Source: Heterodontus francisci
Taxonomy: Eukaryota
Direction: 5' to 3'
Length of the DNA stretch: 64,000 nucleotides
NCBI RefSeq assembly: GCF_036365525.1
Contig: NC_090377.1
Location: 96,713,141-96,777,140 of the forward strand
In this document: positions 12,140 to 23,831 of the stretch, piece after piece
How positions within the stretch are numbered: the stretch's first letter is position 1
How the letters are laid out: each line of letters opens with the position of its first letter
Made by a program: the position numbers and the translations under genes
The notes under the pieces: model-generated
What the model was told of the DNA's origin: nothing
Database searches by the model: none
What the model saw: only the letters and a program-made list of their open reading frames with translations

Positions 12140-15100
12140 CGAACAAGCACCTCTCTTCGTAAAACAATCTGACAACTGATGACTTGCGTCAACCCATTTT
12201 ATTTTGGAAATTTATTTTCTTTCCAACATTTCTTTTATATTCACGAGATCACTCCTCAACCTCTTTTCTGACACTTTTTGTCGAATGGACATTGTCCCAG
12301 ACAGAATGGTTATCTATGTAGCATTCTGTAGGAAAACTTTTCTCAGATTGCCCCTTATATAATAATTCCTTTAAAATACTCGATAAATATATACCCATAT
12401 CTAGCACTTCGATCAGTGCATGTGTCTCAGCAGCTAAGGTGCTCTTACCTATTCTCTTTATTTTCTTTGATTCCCAGGCTAACAGTCAACGTTTATCATT
12501 TCTTCCCACCAAAAATATAATGAACTCTGCTGTGCTCGAATATCCATCGGGAAGATTAGCGTGTGAGGTGTCACTAAAAATGACTAATTTTATTTCTTCT
12601 GGGTCACCCAGTGCTGGAAACTCGAGTGTACATTTGTCAAAACTCAATCTCTTCAATGTCTTATTTGCTTTCAGCACTTCCCCAACAGGAACATATTTCA
12701 GCATGGTGCTCAATTCTAATACATCATAGCAAGCATCCGGCCTTGTTGGTGTGCACAACCAGTTATACTGCCTGATTAAGCTCATTAACTGGTCTACTTC
12801 TTCCTTGGTTGCAGAGTCTTCCTTTCGTGAGGATCTGGCCCGATTTATTGGGATCCTATTAACATTCTCTAGGTAAGACTGATAATTTAGGGTTACCCCC
12901 AACTTAGTCTGCCTACTATTCAACCCTATATATTTAAAAACTCTGGAAGCCGGACTTCCAATTTTAAATTCCTGCAGAACTTTATCTACCACAAACGTCT
13001 CAACTGCCTCAGATCTTCCCCACAGAAAATCGTCCATGTGCATCAAGAAAATGCCTGCTAGTCTTTCTTCATAGTACCAATAAAACATTGCCGGATCCAC
13101 TTTTACTTGAATACAACCAGCTTTTAGTAGGACGGACCTAACTGAAAAATACCACACCCTGGATGCATCATTTAGCCCTTAAACACACTTGTTTAGCTTC
13201 CATAATTTCCCTTCTATATCTACAGCTTCTTTTGGTGGCTTTAAAAATACTTCCCATTGAAATTTTTCCCCTTGCAAAAATGCTGCTTTGAGGTCAACGG
13301 ACTTACATTCCCATGAATGTGTCGCTAAAAGGGCTAGGAAAATCCTCAAATTTGCTTTTCCTGCTGTTGGGGAGTCCACTCTAACTTCTTGGTCGCCTAG
13401 TCGTTTCTCAAATCCCCGAGCTACAAGTCTGGCCTTCGCTTTATAAGTACCATCGGGAAGTATTTTCTCTGTACAGATCCATCTATGGGACAATGCTGGT
13501 TGTCCTCTATCTGGCACCTCCGTGTATATGCCAAACTCTCTCCAACTGTCAAGCTCTTTTTGCTTTGCATCCTTTATCAATTTACCATCTAACTTGTTAG
13601 TAGCCACTAGAGCTTCTCTATTGTAAGGGTTCCTATTTATTGTGGCACTCCTTGCCTGCTCTCCGGTCCTTGCTCTTGTGAAACCACATCCCCTACTCGA
13701 TTTCCTATCCCTTTCTGGACTGCTACTACTCAACCTGTCCCTCCTACAGACTTCCTTTCATAAGTCCGTGACCTGTTCCTTGGGCTATGATTATCTTCAG
13801 GCCCACTGTCTGAACTTACACTACATTTTCTGGCCTTCCACATTTTCACTTCCTTCTGCCAGTCTATAAGTCTGATATCCTGTCGCTGGTCTTGCACATT
13901 CAGCCAATGTCTGTATTTCCCTGAGGCCTTTCCTGCCCTCCATATAATGGTGAATTCCCTCCATTCACTAGCCCCTTTTGGCATATTTTTATTTATTTAT
14001 TTTATTTAGAGATACAGCACTGAAACAGGCCCTTCGGCCCACCGAGTCTGTGCCGACCAACAACCACCCATTTATACTAACCCTACAGTAATCCCATATT
14101 CCCTATCACCTCCCTACACTAGGGGCAATTTACAACGACCAATTTACCTATCACCTGCAAGTCTTTGGATGTGGGAGGAAATCAGAGTACCCGGTGAAAA
14201 CCCACGCAGACACAGGGAGAACTTGCAAACTCCGCACAGGCAGTACCCAGAATCGAACCCGGGTCTCTGGAGCTGTGAGGCTGCGGTGCTAACCACTGCG
14301 CCACCCTGTGTCACTCTAGTCCCAACTTTCAGTAGTTGGCCTTTGAGAAAAATGGCCTTATCTGGATCTTCACTATCACTTGGTCCACTCTCAGTTAGCC
14401 CATTATCTGCCACAATCTGTTGCTCGCAAAGGTCCAGTGTATGTGTATGCAAAGTACACGGTGCATCATCAGTGTCCATCCACCATTCGTTCAGATTCTG
14501 TCAATGTATAATCAGTGCCAATAAGTCTTGAGGAATGTTATCTAACAGTTTGGTTGCCATGTTGCAAAATCACCATTTTGCCATCAGTGCCTGTAACTTT
14601 TCCTGGGCCTCTCCATTCTTCTTGCCCTTCTCTTTTGTAATACACCGTAACCCCAGTATCAAAATTATTTTCTGATGGCCTGATCCGAGACCTCAAAGCT
14701 CACCTGATTTTTTCTGAAACCTCCGCCTTAATTAATGCTCGTCTCCCTGCATGCATGGCATTCAAATGTTCCGCAAAAATTGAATGAATTGTAGACCCCC
14801 TAAAGCCAGGGGATGATCCCACATTACCGAAGGTATTTTCGGATTCCTGCCATAAACTAATTGACAGGGGCTGTAGCCCCCAACCATTTGAAGTGTGCTT
14901 TTCACACGTTCTGCCCACGCCACAGCAGTAGTCAATTTACAATTTGGCTGGTCTGCTAAAATGTTTTGAAGCATTTTGTCAATCACAGCATGATTTCTCT
15001 TACAAATCCCAATACTAAAAGGACTTTCAGCTGCAATATTCATATGTTCACACCTATGCCTGAGCTCATCATTAGCAAATTCTCCTCCATGGTCAGTTAG

Positions 15101-16740
15101 CAACCTAGTCCGTGCTCCCAGTCCCATTCCTATCCACCTTTCTATTATCTTGTTCACTATTACTTTTTTGTCATCACTATAAATTACCGTCGACTGACTG
15201 AATCTAGTCGCTACGTCTACAAGTGTAGAAGAAACATGTTTCTGTCTTTATCCCATATCTTCAAGTCCCTTGCTAATGGGAAACTCACTATGGGTCGCGG
15301 TGGCGTCCTCCTGTATTTTATTTTACAGATGTCACATTTTTCACTGATATCTTTGATAAGTTTAGTGTAGTCATGATCTATTATCCCTGCATCTTTTAAC
15401 AGAATCTTCAACCTACGACAAGATGGATGTGCAAACTGTCGATGTAGTTTTGAAATAATTTGCCTTTTCTCCTTTAAATCCCAGTCTCCGGATGTCATTA
15501 ATAATTGTTTAACATCCAGCTTAGAGAGGTTAGGTTTCGCTGAAGGAATACAATAACGTCCCGGCTGCGTAAACCACAAAGCTACAGATTTCCCAAAGGC
15601 AATCGCCTTATCATGTTCCATATCCAAATTCATCAGAGCCTTTTTCATAGACAGTTTACTTAACGGCAAAGGTAATTCACTGGATACTACATCCATACTA
15701 ATAAAATGGTTTACCCCTGCTATTTTGCACGGAATTACCACTCTTTTTAGTGATTTCAATGTGTTATCATCCCCAAACCTGAAACAGGTAGAACGGTTAT
15801 ATTCTTTGACCTTATTTCAGTCTCCTCCTTACTCAAAGAACCCATGTAACACCTTAATCAGTCCATTCCACACACTGTGGACGTACACCCACTGTCTAGT
15901 ACCGCGCAACTGAACGAATCTGCGACTAGGACACTCGTTACCAGACTGAAGCTTCTCGTGACCAGTACAATTCCTTTTGATTAGTCAGTAGCGTCATCCT
16001 CGCCTTCTGAACCTTCCACGTCATGTGTCATCTCAAAAACCCTGTTATTCCTTTTTGGACAGTACAACGCATAGTGATACTTTGAGTCACATCGGAAACA
16101 CCTGTGACCACCCCTTGGTTATTCCTGGGGTGCATCCTTCTGCCACAATTATCTAATTCCAGCCGTCTGTGATAGCTGCCAAAAGGGTCTCTATCCTCAT
16201 TCGTTTTGTGTGTGTTTCTCCTTTCGTACTGACGTTTGGGCCCCATACTTGAACAGTCTTGGAAAGCTGCTTGCATTGTATCCTCCATCTTTGGTGTCAC
16301 CGCTGAAGAGCCCATCTGTGCCATGTATGCGGCTGAAAAGGAATTTCTTCTCCAAATTTTTTTGGGGGCGTCAGACATCTGATCAAAAAGCGTATCTCTT
16401 TCTTTGAATCTAACTCCGGTTAATACCAAGAGCCTATCCATGTTTGATATCCTAGCAGAGTCCAACAATTTGAAGGCAAGTACTGATCTAGGAATGTCCA
16501 AGCAGAATCGCTGCAACCTTGCATTTTTCTAAATTTATCAAAGTCCGACCACACCTCATAGGGACTCAATAAGTCATCTTTCATATAAATTTTATCCATA
16601 AATTTCAAGAGTTTGTCCAAACCTTCCTCATTGTCCAAATGATGAGCCTCTAGCTCTGAGAACACTTTGCCCCTAATCTTGCTTCTGGTGGGAAGTGAAA
16701 GTACAAGGGCTATTCCTTGCTTCCTTTTTAGTAAAGACGC
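12140..16740 (-). mobile_element. Ty1/Copia LTR-retrotransposon internal region (gag-PR-IN-RT-RH), frameshifted, no LTRs visible
   Basis: Zn knuckle CFRCDSKYHYALYC (~16060-16100); protease VLDSGC (~15890); IN HRQFAH...CDIC and TDHGGEF; RT KAKARLVARGF, VDLKAAFLQG, HMDDF; RNase H FSDTSHAN. IN precedes RT. Confidence 0.92.
13986..14306 (-). mobile_element. HE1-like V-SINE inserted in Copia pol
   Basis: Reverse complement of the 3402-3705 family, with A/B boxes and (TAAA)n tail. Confidence 0.9.
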
Positions 16741-18418
16741 TGGTCCAGTTAAGTTTCTGGTGAATCGTAACCACCAGCATGTTGATGGTGGAGAATTCAG
16801 CAAAGGTAATGTTGTTGAATGTTGAGGGTAGTTGGTTAGATTCTCTCTTGTTGGAGACGGTCATTGCCTGGCACTTATGTGGTGCAAATGTTATTTGCTA
16901 CTCATCAGTCCAAGCCTGAAAGTTGTTCAGGTCTTGTTGCATGCAGGCATGGATTGTTTCAATATCTGAGGAGTTGCGAATGGCACTGAACACTGTGCAA
17001 TGATCAGTGAAAGCCCTCATTTTCGATACTCTGATGGGGGAAAGGTCATTGATGATGCAGCTGAAGATAGTCAGGCCTAGGACAATAATTTGAAGAACTC
17101 CTGCAGTGATGTCCTGGGACTGAGATAATCAGCCTCCAAGAACCACAACCAACTTCCTTTGTGTTCGGTATGACTCCAAGCACTGGAGAGTTTTCCCCTT
17201 GATTCTACTGACTTTATTTTTTCTAGGGCTCCTTGATGCCGTACTTAAATGCCTTGATGTCGAAGGCAGTCACACTCACCTCACCTCTGGAATTCAGCTC
17301 TATAGTCCATATTCGGACCAAGGCTGTAATGAAGTCTGAAGTTAAGAGGCCCTGGAAAAACCCATACTGAACATTGGTGAGCAGGTTATTGATGACCAAT
17401 TGCCACTTGATAGCACTGCCAATGACACCTTCCATTACTTTGCTGATGACAGCAAGTAGACTGATGGGGTGGCAATCGGCTGGATTGGATTTGTCCTGCT
17501 TTTTGTGGACAAAGACATATCTGAGAAATTTTCCACATTGTTGGGTAGATGCCAGTGTTTTAGCTGCACTGGGAAAGCTTGCCTAGGGGTGCAGCTATTC
17601 TGGACCACAAGTCTTCAGTACTACAGCTGGGATGTTGTCGGGGCCCATCGCCTTTGTTGTATCCATTGCCTTCAGCTGCTTTTTGATATCATGTCAGTGA
17701 ATTGAACTGGCTGAAGACTGGCATCTGCGATGTTGGGGGCCTCAAGAGGAGGCAGATTGATCATCCGCTCAACATTCCTGGCTGAAGATGGTTACAAATG
17801 CTTCAGCCTTGTCTTTTGTACTGATGTTCTGGGCTCCCTCATCATGGAGTAAGAGAATGTTTGTGGAATCTGATTAGTTGTTTAATTGCCCACCACCATT
17901 CACAACTGGATGTGGCTGGACTGCAGAGCTTTAATTTGATCGTTGGTTGTGGGATCGCTTAGATCTGTCGATAACATGTTGCTTCCGCTGTTTAGTATGC
18001 ATGTAAGTCCTGTGTTGCAGTTTCACCAGGTTGGAACCTCATTTTTAGGCATGCCGAATGCTGCTCCCAAGCATGTTCTCCTACAATCGTCATCAAACCA
18101 AGGTTGTTCCCCTGGCTTGATGGTAATGGTAAAGTGAGGAATATGCCAGGCCATGAGGTTACAGTTTGTGGTTGAAGGTGATTCTGCTGCTGCTGGTCCA
18201 CAGTGCCTCATAGATGCCCAATTTTGAGCTGCTAGATCTGTTCTGAATCTATCCCATTTAGTGCCACACAACACAATGGAGGATGTCCTCAGTGTGAAGA
18301 CAGGCATTCGTCTCCTCAAGGACTGTGCTGTGTCATGAACAGATGCATCTGTGCCAGGTAGATTGGTGAGGACGAGGTCAAGTGGATTTTTCCCTCTTGT
18401 TGGTTCTCTCACTACCTG
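16741..18418 (-). mobile_element. LINE-A internal fragment
   Basis: REPTRGKNPLDLVLTN (APE C-terminus) through RT; homologous to 37166-38870. Confidence 0.88.
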
Positions 18419-19857
18419 ATGAGCATAATCATGAAAAAGGACAAAGATAAAACAGGAGTAAAAGTTCTAAATTGGGGGAAGGTAAATTTTAAGAATCTGA
18501 GAGGTGACCTGGCGAAAGTGGACTGGATACAGCTACTTGAAGGAAGATCAGTGGCAAACCAGTGGGACGCATTCAAAAGCGAGATACTATAGGCACAACG
18601 TAGGCATATCCCCACAAAGATAAAGGGTGGTACTGCCAAATCTAGAACCCCCTGGTTATCTAGAAACTGATAGGGTAAGATAAAGCAGAAAAAGAAAGCT
18701 TATGACGATCACAAAAATCTTCATACTTTAGAAAGCCTAGAGCAGTATAGAAAGTGCAGGGGTGAAGTAAGAAAGGAAATTAGAAAAGCAAAGAAAGGAC
18801 ATGAAAAATTATTGGCAGGTAAAATCAAGGAAAACCCGAAGATGCTTTATCAGTACATTAAGAGCAAGAGGATAACTAAGGAAAGGGTAGGGCCTATCAG
18901 AGATGTACAAGGCAGCTTATGCGTGGATGAAGAAGATGTGGGCAGGATTCTTAATGAGTTTTTTGTCTCTGTCTTCACAAAGGAGAGGGTTGATGTGGAA
19001 TGTAGACATTGTAGTTAAAGAGGAGCATGAAATATTAGATATAATAAGCATAATGAAAGAGGAAGTACAAGAGGGTCTGAGATCCTTGAAAGTGGATAAA
19101 TCGCCAGGGCCGGATGGATTGCATCTTAGGTTGTCAAGGAAGCCAGGGAGGAATTAGCAGATGCGCTAAGGATCATCTTCAAATCCTCACTAGATACAGG
19201 AGAGGTACCAGACAATTGGCGGTCTGCGAACGTTGTACCATTGTTTAAAAAGGGTACAAGGGATAGGCCAAACAGTTACAGGCTGGTCAGTCTGACCTCG
19301 GTGATGGGTAAATTGTTAAAATCTATTCTGAGGGACAGGATAAACTGCCATTTAGAAAGGCATGGATTAAACAGGAACAAAAACAAGAAATGCTGGATTC
19401 ACTCAGCAGGTCTGGCAGCATCTGTGGAAAGAGAAGCAGAGTTAACGTTTCGGGTCAGTGACCCTTCTTCGGAACTGACAAATATTAGAAAAGTCACAGA
19501 TTATAAACAAGTGAGGTGGGGGTTGGGCAAGAGATAACAAAGGAGAAGGTGCAGATTGGACCAGGCCACATAGCTGAACAAAAGGTCACGGAGCAAAGGC
19601 AAACAATATGTTAATGGTGTGTTGAAAGACAAAGCATTAGTACAGATTAGGTGTGAATATACTGAATATTGAACAGCAGCAAGTGCAAACCTGAAGAAAA
19701 ACAACCTGAAAAAAACAGTGGGTAAGCAAACTGAACAAACTAAGATGAAATGAAATAAATGCAAAAAAAGATTGTAAAAAATGTAAAAAGGAATGTAAAA
19801 AAAAAGGAAGACAAAATATCTAAAAATGACTAAAAATGAAAGTAAAGTGGGGGGCTG

Positions 19858-20858
19858 TCATGCTCTGAAATTATTGAACTCAATGTTCAGTCCGGCAGGC
19901 TGTAGTGTGCCTAATCGGTAGATGAGATGCTGTTCCTCGAGCTTGCGTTGATGTTCACTGGAACACTGCAGCAATCCCAGGACAGAGATGTGAGCATGAG
20001 AGCAGGGGGGAGTGTTGAAATGGCAAGCAACCGGAAGCTCAGGGTCCTGCTTGCGGACTGAGCGGAGATGTTCCGCAAAGCGGTCACCCAGTCTGCGCTT
20101 GGTCTCCCCAATGTAGAGGAGACCACACTGTGAGCAGCGAATACAGTAAACTACATTGAAAGAAGTACAAGTAAATCGCTGCTTCACCTGAAAGGAGTGT
20201 TTGGGGCCTGGGATAGTGAGGAGAGAGGAGGTAAATGGGCAGGTATTACACCTCCTGCGATTGCAAGGGAAGGTGCCCTGGGAAGGGGACGAGGTGGTGG
20301 GGGTAATGGAGGAGTGGACCAGGGTGTCGCGGAGGGAACGATCCCTTCGGAATGCTGACAGGGGAAGGGAGGGGAAGATGTGACTGGTAGTGGCATCACG
20401 CTGGAGGTGGCGAAAATGGCGGAGGATGATCCTTTGGATATGGAGGCTGGTGGGATGAAAAGTGAGGACAAGGTGAACCCTGTCACGGTTCTGGGAGGGA
20501 GGGGAAGGGGTGAGGGTAGAGGTGCGGGGAATGGGTCGGACACGGTTGAGGGCCCTGTCAACCACAGTGGGGGGAAATCCTCGGTTGAGGAAAAAGGAGG
20601 TCATATCAGAAGCACCGTCATGGAAGGTAGCATCATCAGAGCAGATGCGTCGGAGACGGAGAAACTGGGAGAATGGAATGGAGTCCTTACAGGAGGTAGG
20701 GTGTGAAGAAGTGTAGTCGAGGTAGCTGTGGGAGTCAGTGGGCTTATAATGGATATTGGTAGACAACCTATCCCCAGAGATGGAGACAGAGAAGTCGAGG
20801 AAGGGAAGGGAAGTGTCAGAGATGGACCATGTAAAGGTGAGAGAAGGGTGGAAATTGG
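19858..20858 (-). pseudogene. PLE ORF fragment: RT C-terminus/thumb + GIY-YIG endonuclease; uninterrupted but 5'-truncated
   Basis: LPFLD, YKPTDSHSYL, CNRRRCNTC, NVVYCIRC...LYIGETKR. Confidence 0.92.
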
Positions 20859-21337
20859 ACATCAACGCAAGCTCGAGGAACAGCATCTCATCTACCGATT
20901 AGGCACACTACAGCCTGCCGGACTGAACATTGAGTTCAATAATTTCAGAGCATGACAGCCCCCCACTTTACTTTCATTTTTAGTCATTTTTAGATATTTT
21001 GTCTTCCTTTTTTTTTTACATTCCTTTTTACATTTTTTACAATCTTTTTTTGCATTTATTTCATTTCATCTTAGTTTGTTCAGTTTGCTTACCCACTGTT
21101 TTTTTCAGGTTGTTTTTCTTCAGGTTTGCACTTGCTGCTGTTCAATATTCAGTATATTCACACCTAATCTGTACTAATGCTTTGTCTTTCAACACACCAT
21201 TAACATATTGTTTGCCTTTGCTCCGTGACCTTTTGGTCAGCTATGTGGCCTGGTCCAATCTGCACCTTCTCCTTTGTTATCTCTTGCCCAACCCCCACCT
21301 CACTTGTTTATAATCTGTGACTTTTCTAATATTTGTC

Positions 21338-21374
21338 AGTTCCGAAGAAGGGTCACTGACCCGAAACGTTAACT
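21338..21374 (+). ncRNA. Minimal hammerhead-like ribozyme motif in the PLE pseudo-LTR (mirror copy at 19440-19476, minus strand)
   Basis: AGUU-CCGAAGA-A-GGGUC ACU GACCC-GAAAC-GUU-AACU: stem I AGUU/AACU, stem II GGGUC/GACCC, loop-less palindromic stem III ACGU. Confidence 0.6.
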
Positions 21375-22784
21375 CTGCTTCTCTTTCCACAGATGCTGCC
21401 AGACCTGCTGAGTGAATCCAGCATTTCTTGTTTTTGTTTCAGATTTCCAGCATCCGCAGTATTTTGCTTTTATTTTATGGATTAAACAGGGATAGTCAAT
21501 GTGGATTTGTTAAGGGAAGGTCATGTCTTACTAACTTAACTGAGTTTTCTGAGGAAATAACAAGTAGGATTGATGAGGGTAGTGCAGTGGATGTGGTCTA
21601 CATGGATTTCAGTAAGGCATTTGACAAGGTCCCACATGGTAGACTGGTCAGAAAAATGAAAGCCTATGGGATACAGGGGAGTGTAGCAGGTTGGATCCAG
21701 AATTGGCTCAGGGCCAGGAAACAAAGGGTAGTAGTCAACGGATGTTATTGTGAATGGAAAGCTGTTTCCAGTGGCGTTCCACAGGGCTCAGTGTTGGGTC
21801 CCTTGTTGTTTTTGGTATTTATTAATGATTTGGACTTAAATGTGCGAGGCACGATTGGGAAATTTGCCGATGACACAAAAATTGGCTGTGTAGTTGACAG
21901 TAAAGAGGATAGCCGTGGTCTCCATAAAGATATCGATGGTTTGGTTGAGTGGGCGGAAAAGTAGCAAATGGAATTCAATTCAGAAAAGTGTAAGATAATG
22001 CATTTGGGGAGGGCAAATAAAGCGAGGGAATACACAATAAACAGGAGAATATTGAAAGGGCTGGAAGAAGTGAGAGACCTTGGAGTGCATGTCCACAGGT
22101 CCCTGAAGGTGGCAGGACAGGTAGAGTGGTGAAGAAAGCATATGGAATGCTTTCCTTTATTAGCCGAGATATAGAATTCAAAAGCAGGGATGTAATGCTG
22201 GAACTGTATAAAACGCTAGTTCGGCCGCAGTTGGAGTATTGCCTACAGTTCTGGTCACCACAATACAGAAAGGACATAATTGCTCTGGAGAGAGTACAGA
22301 GGAGATTTACAAGAATGTTGCCAGGACTCGAAAGTTGCAGCTATGAGGAAAGATTGGATAGGCTAGGGTTGTTTTCCTTACAACAGAGGAGGCTGAGGGG
22401 TGACTTAATAGAGGTGTACAAAATTATGAGGGGCCTAGATAGAGTAGACAGGAAGGACCCGTTTCCCTTAGTGGAGAGGTCAATTACCAGGGGGCACAGA
22501 TTTAAGGTGATAGGTAGAAGGATTAGAGGAGACGTGAGGAAAAATCTTTTCACCCAAGAGGGTGGTGGGTGTCTGGAATTCACTGCCAGGAATGGTGGTG
22601 GAGACAGAAACCCTCAATTCTTTCAAAAAGGTACCTGGACATGCACCTGAAGTGCCGTGACTGGCAAGGCTATAGACCAGGTGCTGTAAGGTGGGATTAG
22701 ATAGGACATGACGGGTTGAATGGCCTCCTTCTGTGCCGTAATTTTTCTATGGTTCAGCAAGGCTATGGTTACCCTCATCAACCC

Positions 22785-23480
22785 TCGGTTACCTCATCAA
22801 AAAACTCAATCAAGTTAGTTAATCACAACTTGCCTTTAACAAATCCATGTTGGCTTTCCTTAATTAAGCTTTACTTGTCTAAGTAAGTGTTAATTTTATC
22901 CTGGATTAGCGTTTCTAAAAGCTTTCCTCCCACCGAGGTTAAACTGAGTGGCCTGTAGGTGCTGGGTTTATCCTTATACCCTTTTTTAAACATGGGTGTA
23001 ACATTTGCAATTCTCCAGTGCTCTGGCACCACCACTGTATCTAAGGAGGATCGGAAGATTATGGCCAGTGTTTCTGCAATTTCCACCCTTACTTTCTTCA
23101 GCATCCTTGGATGCATCCCATCAGGTCCTGGTGATTTATCAACTTTCAGTATATCCAGCCTTTCTAATACCTCCTCTATCAATTTTTAGCCCATGCAGTT
23201 TCTCAACTATCGCCCCTTTCACCATGACTTGAGCAGCATCTTCCTCCTTGGTAAAGACAGATGCAAAGTACTCATTTAGTACCTCAGCCATACCCGCTGT
23301 CTCCATGCATAGATCCCCTTTTTGGTCCCTAAATGGCCCTACCCATCCTCTTACTATTTACATGCATATAGAAGACTTTTGGATTCCCTTTTATATGTTA
23401 GCTGCTAGCCTCTTCTCCTACTCTCTTTGCCTTTCTGATTTCCTTTTTCACTTTCCCTCTCAACTTTTCATATTTTATAA
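22785..23480 (-). mobile_element. CR1 LINE internal fragment
   Basis: VDKSPGPDGMHPRMLK...WRIANVTPMFKKG. Confidence 0.88.
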
Positions 23481-23831
23481 ATTAGATCATATGCCTCAAC
23501 GTGTGTATGAATAACTTCTAAAAAGTCATGTTAAATGAATTTACAACAACCTATGCAGTGGAACAGCAATACTAATATACTATGGAATACAATAATACAG
23601 ATTTAAACCAATAATTGGCAGCCTTTGCTGGGCTATTTTTTCCACAAGGACAGTGAAGGTGAAGAAAAATATCACAACACATCATCTGGGTCCCTAATGC
23701 ATCCTCCAAATTACCAGTTATAGAGCCACAATGACAATTGGGAGCAGTTTTTCCGGTTTTCAGAGGATGGTACATGGGCAGCAGGAAAAGTAAATACAGA
23801 GTGGAAAATGCTCAAAATAGTTAGTACATAG

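Larger units (their letters stand above)
19376..21476. mobile_element. Penelope-like element with inverted pseudo-LTRs
   Basis: 14-bp TSD ATGGATTAAACAGG (19362-19375 / 21477-21490); inverted arms 19376-19954 and 20859-21438. Confidence 0.95.
18420..22755 (+). mobile_element. CR1/HER1-type LINE, 5'-truncated, split by the PLE
   Basis: KSPGPDG, VYMDFSKAFDKVPH, GVPQGSVLGP, KFADD and a CR1 3' tail; sequence resumes across the PLE TSD. Confidence 0.93.
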
